Below, piece after piece: positions 62,825 through 64,000 of a DNA stretch of 64,000 nt. How positions within the stretch are numbered: position 1 is the stretch's first letter; every line of letters begins with the position of its first letter. The notes below the pieces were generated by a model. It had not been told where the DNA came from and searched no databases. It worked only from the letters and a program-made list of their open reading frames with translations. This DNA comes from Thermoanaerobaculia bacterium (lineage in GTDB: Bacteria; Acidobacteriota; Thermoanaerobaculia; UBA5066): assembly GCA_963816185.1 (NCBI GenBank), contig CAWFJJ010000030.1, positions 256,001 through 320,000 on the forward strand. The letters run 5' to 3'. The position numbers and the translations under genes were made by a program.

Positions 62825-64000
62825 ATGTCGAAAAAGCTGAAGATCACCCTTCTCGTCGCCGGCGGGCTCGTCGTCGTTGGCGGAGGCGTGGCGGCCTACT
62901 CCTCCCGGAACCGAGGGGTCGTCCCCGTCATCGCGGCGAAGGTGGAAACCCAGGACATAGTCGCCAAGGTCACCGCGAACGGCAAGATCCAGGCGGCGAA
63001 CAGGGTCGAGCTCTCCGCCCTGGTCATGGGCCAGATCGTCAACCTGAGGGTCAGGGAGGGGGACCGCGTCAAGAAGGGAGACTTCCTCCTCCAGATCGAC
63101 CGGAACCGGGCGGCGGCCGACGAGGCCGGCTCGGCAGCCGCGCTCCTGGCCAGCGGGAACGACCGCGATTCGGCGAAGACCGCGATGGAGCAGGCCGAGC
63201 GCGACTTCCAGCGGACCCGCGTCAACTACGAGGGCAAGATCGCCTCGGAATCCGACTTCGAGAAAGCCCGTTCGACCCTCGAGGGCGCGCGCGCGGCGTA
63301 CGCGGCGGCGCGCAACCGGGTCGATCAGACCCGCGCGGGCCTCACGGCGAACCGCGACACCCTGTCGAAGACGACGGTCCTCTCCCCGATCGACGGGATC
63401 GTGACGACCCTGAGGGTGAAGGCGGGAGAGGTCACGGTGATCGGCACGATGAACAACGCCGGCACCCAGCTGATGACGATCTCCGACATGTCGATCGTCC
63501 AGGCGGTCCTGATGGTGGACGAGACCGACACGACGGCCGTCCAGCTCGGCCAGAAGGCGCTCCTGACGATCGACGCCTACCCCGACAAGACGTTCGAAGG
63601 GATCGTCACGGAGGTCGGGAACTCGCCGATCCTGAAGGACGACGCTGACCTCCAGGGGCTCACGACTACCTCCGACGCCATCAACTTCAAGGTGAAGGTG
63701 AACCTAGTCCAGCCGCCGCCGCGCATCAGGCCCGGCTTCTCGGTGACGGCCGACATCATCACCGGGAACAAGGCCAAGGTGACCGCGGTCCCGCTCGCCG
63801 CCGTCGTCGTCCGGGACTCGCCCAAGGGGGAGAAGACCGGCTCCGGGAAGCTGAAGACCGAGCAAGGGGTCTACGCGATCAAGGATGGGAAGGTCTCCTT
63901 CGTCCTGATCAGGACCGGCCTGACCGGCGAGCTAATGGTCGAGGTGGACGGGGTGAAGCCCGGGCAGCAGATCGTCACGGGGCCGTTCAAGGCCCTTCGG
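62825..64000 (+). CDS. efflux periplasmic adaptor (MacA/HlyD family), runs off the window edge
   Basis: Translated by hand: MSKKLKITLLVAGG..VTANGKIQA..VELSALVMGQI..VREGDRVKKGDFLLQID..SPIDGIV..VDETD..GQKA..DAYP. Confidence 0.9.
   Translation, partial: MSKKLKITLLVAGGLVVVGGGVAAYSSRNRGVVPVIAAKVETQDIVAKVTANGKIQAANRVELSALVMGQIVNLRVREGDRVKKGDFLLQIDRNRAAADEAGSAAALLASGNDRDSAKTAMEQAERDFQRTRVNYEGKIASESDFEKARSTLEGARAAYAAARNRVDQTRAGLTANRDTLSKTTVLSPIDGIVTTLRVKAGEVTVIGTMNNAGTQLMTISDMSIVQAVLMVDETDTTAVQLGQKALLTIDAYPDKTFEGIVTEVGNSPILKDDADLQGLTTTSDAINFKVKVNLVQPPPRIRPGFSVTADIITGNKAKVTAVPLAAVVVRDSPKGEKTGSGKLKTEQGVYAIKDGKVSFVLIRTGLTGELMVEVDGVKPGQQIVTGPFKALR

Overview
High-GC bacterial chromosomal window. The gene content (kinase/beta-propeller proteins, exosortase H, DUF6600, wHTH-FHA regulator) suggests Acidobacteriota, but that is an inference. 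Many single-base frameshifts, even in metG and mdtABC, point to an incompletely polished long-read assembly. Backbone genes: EgtB/OvoA-like enzyme (partial), alpha/beta hydrolase, tatA/B-tatC, S41 protease, exosortase H plus partner, HDAC, BamA/TamA-like OMP, two transglutaminase-TPR lipoproteins, MdtABC-OMF efflux operon, TatD, LOG, metG, lhgO, radC, cobB, a GAF histidine kinase and a MacA-like adaptor. Accessory highlights: (1) a complete retron at 26893-28750, with sigma70 promoter, msr/msd ncRNA bounded by a perfect 14-bp inverted repeat, and an RT fused to a trypsin-like serine protease, followed 8 nt later by an unknown 140-aa gene; (2) a ~15.2-kb (~5,000 aa) signal-peptide gene with ~28 Ig-like repeats, an Rhs cage and an HNH-like tip, plus a Cys-rich membrane-anchored candidate immunity gene; (3) two separate cargo blocks, each bracketed by a diverged second copy of a host gene's 3' end (DUF6600 gene and lhgO), with no integrase visible. 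No rRNA, tRNA, CRISPR array or transposase was recognised.
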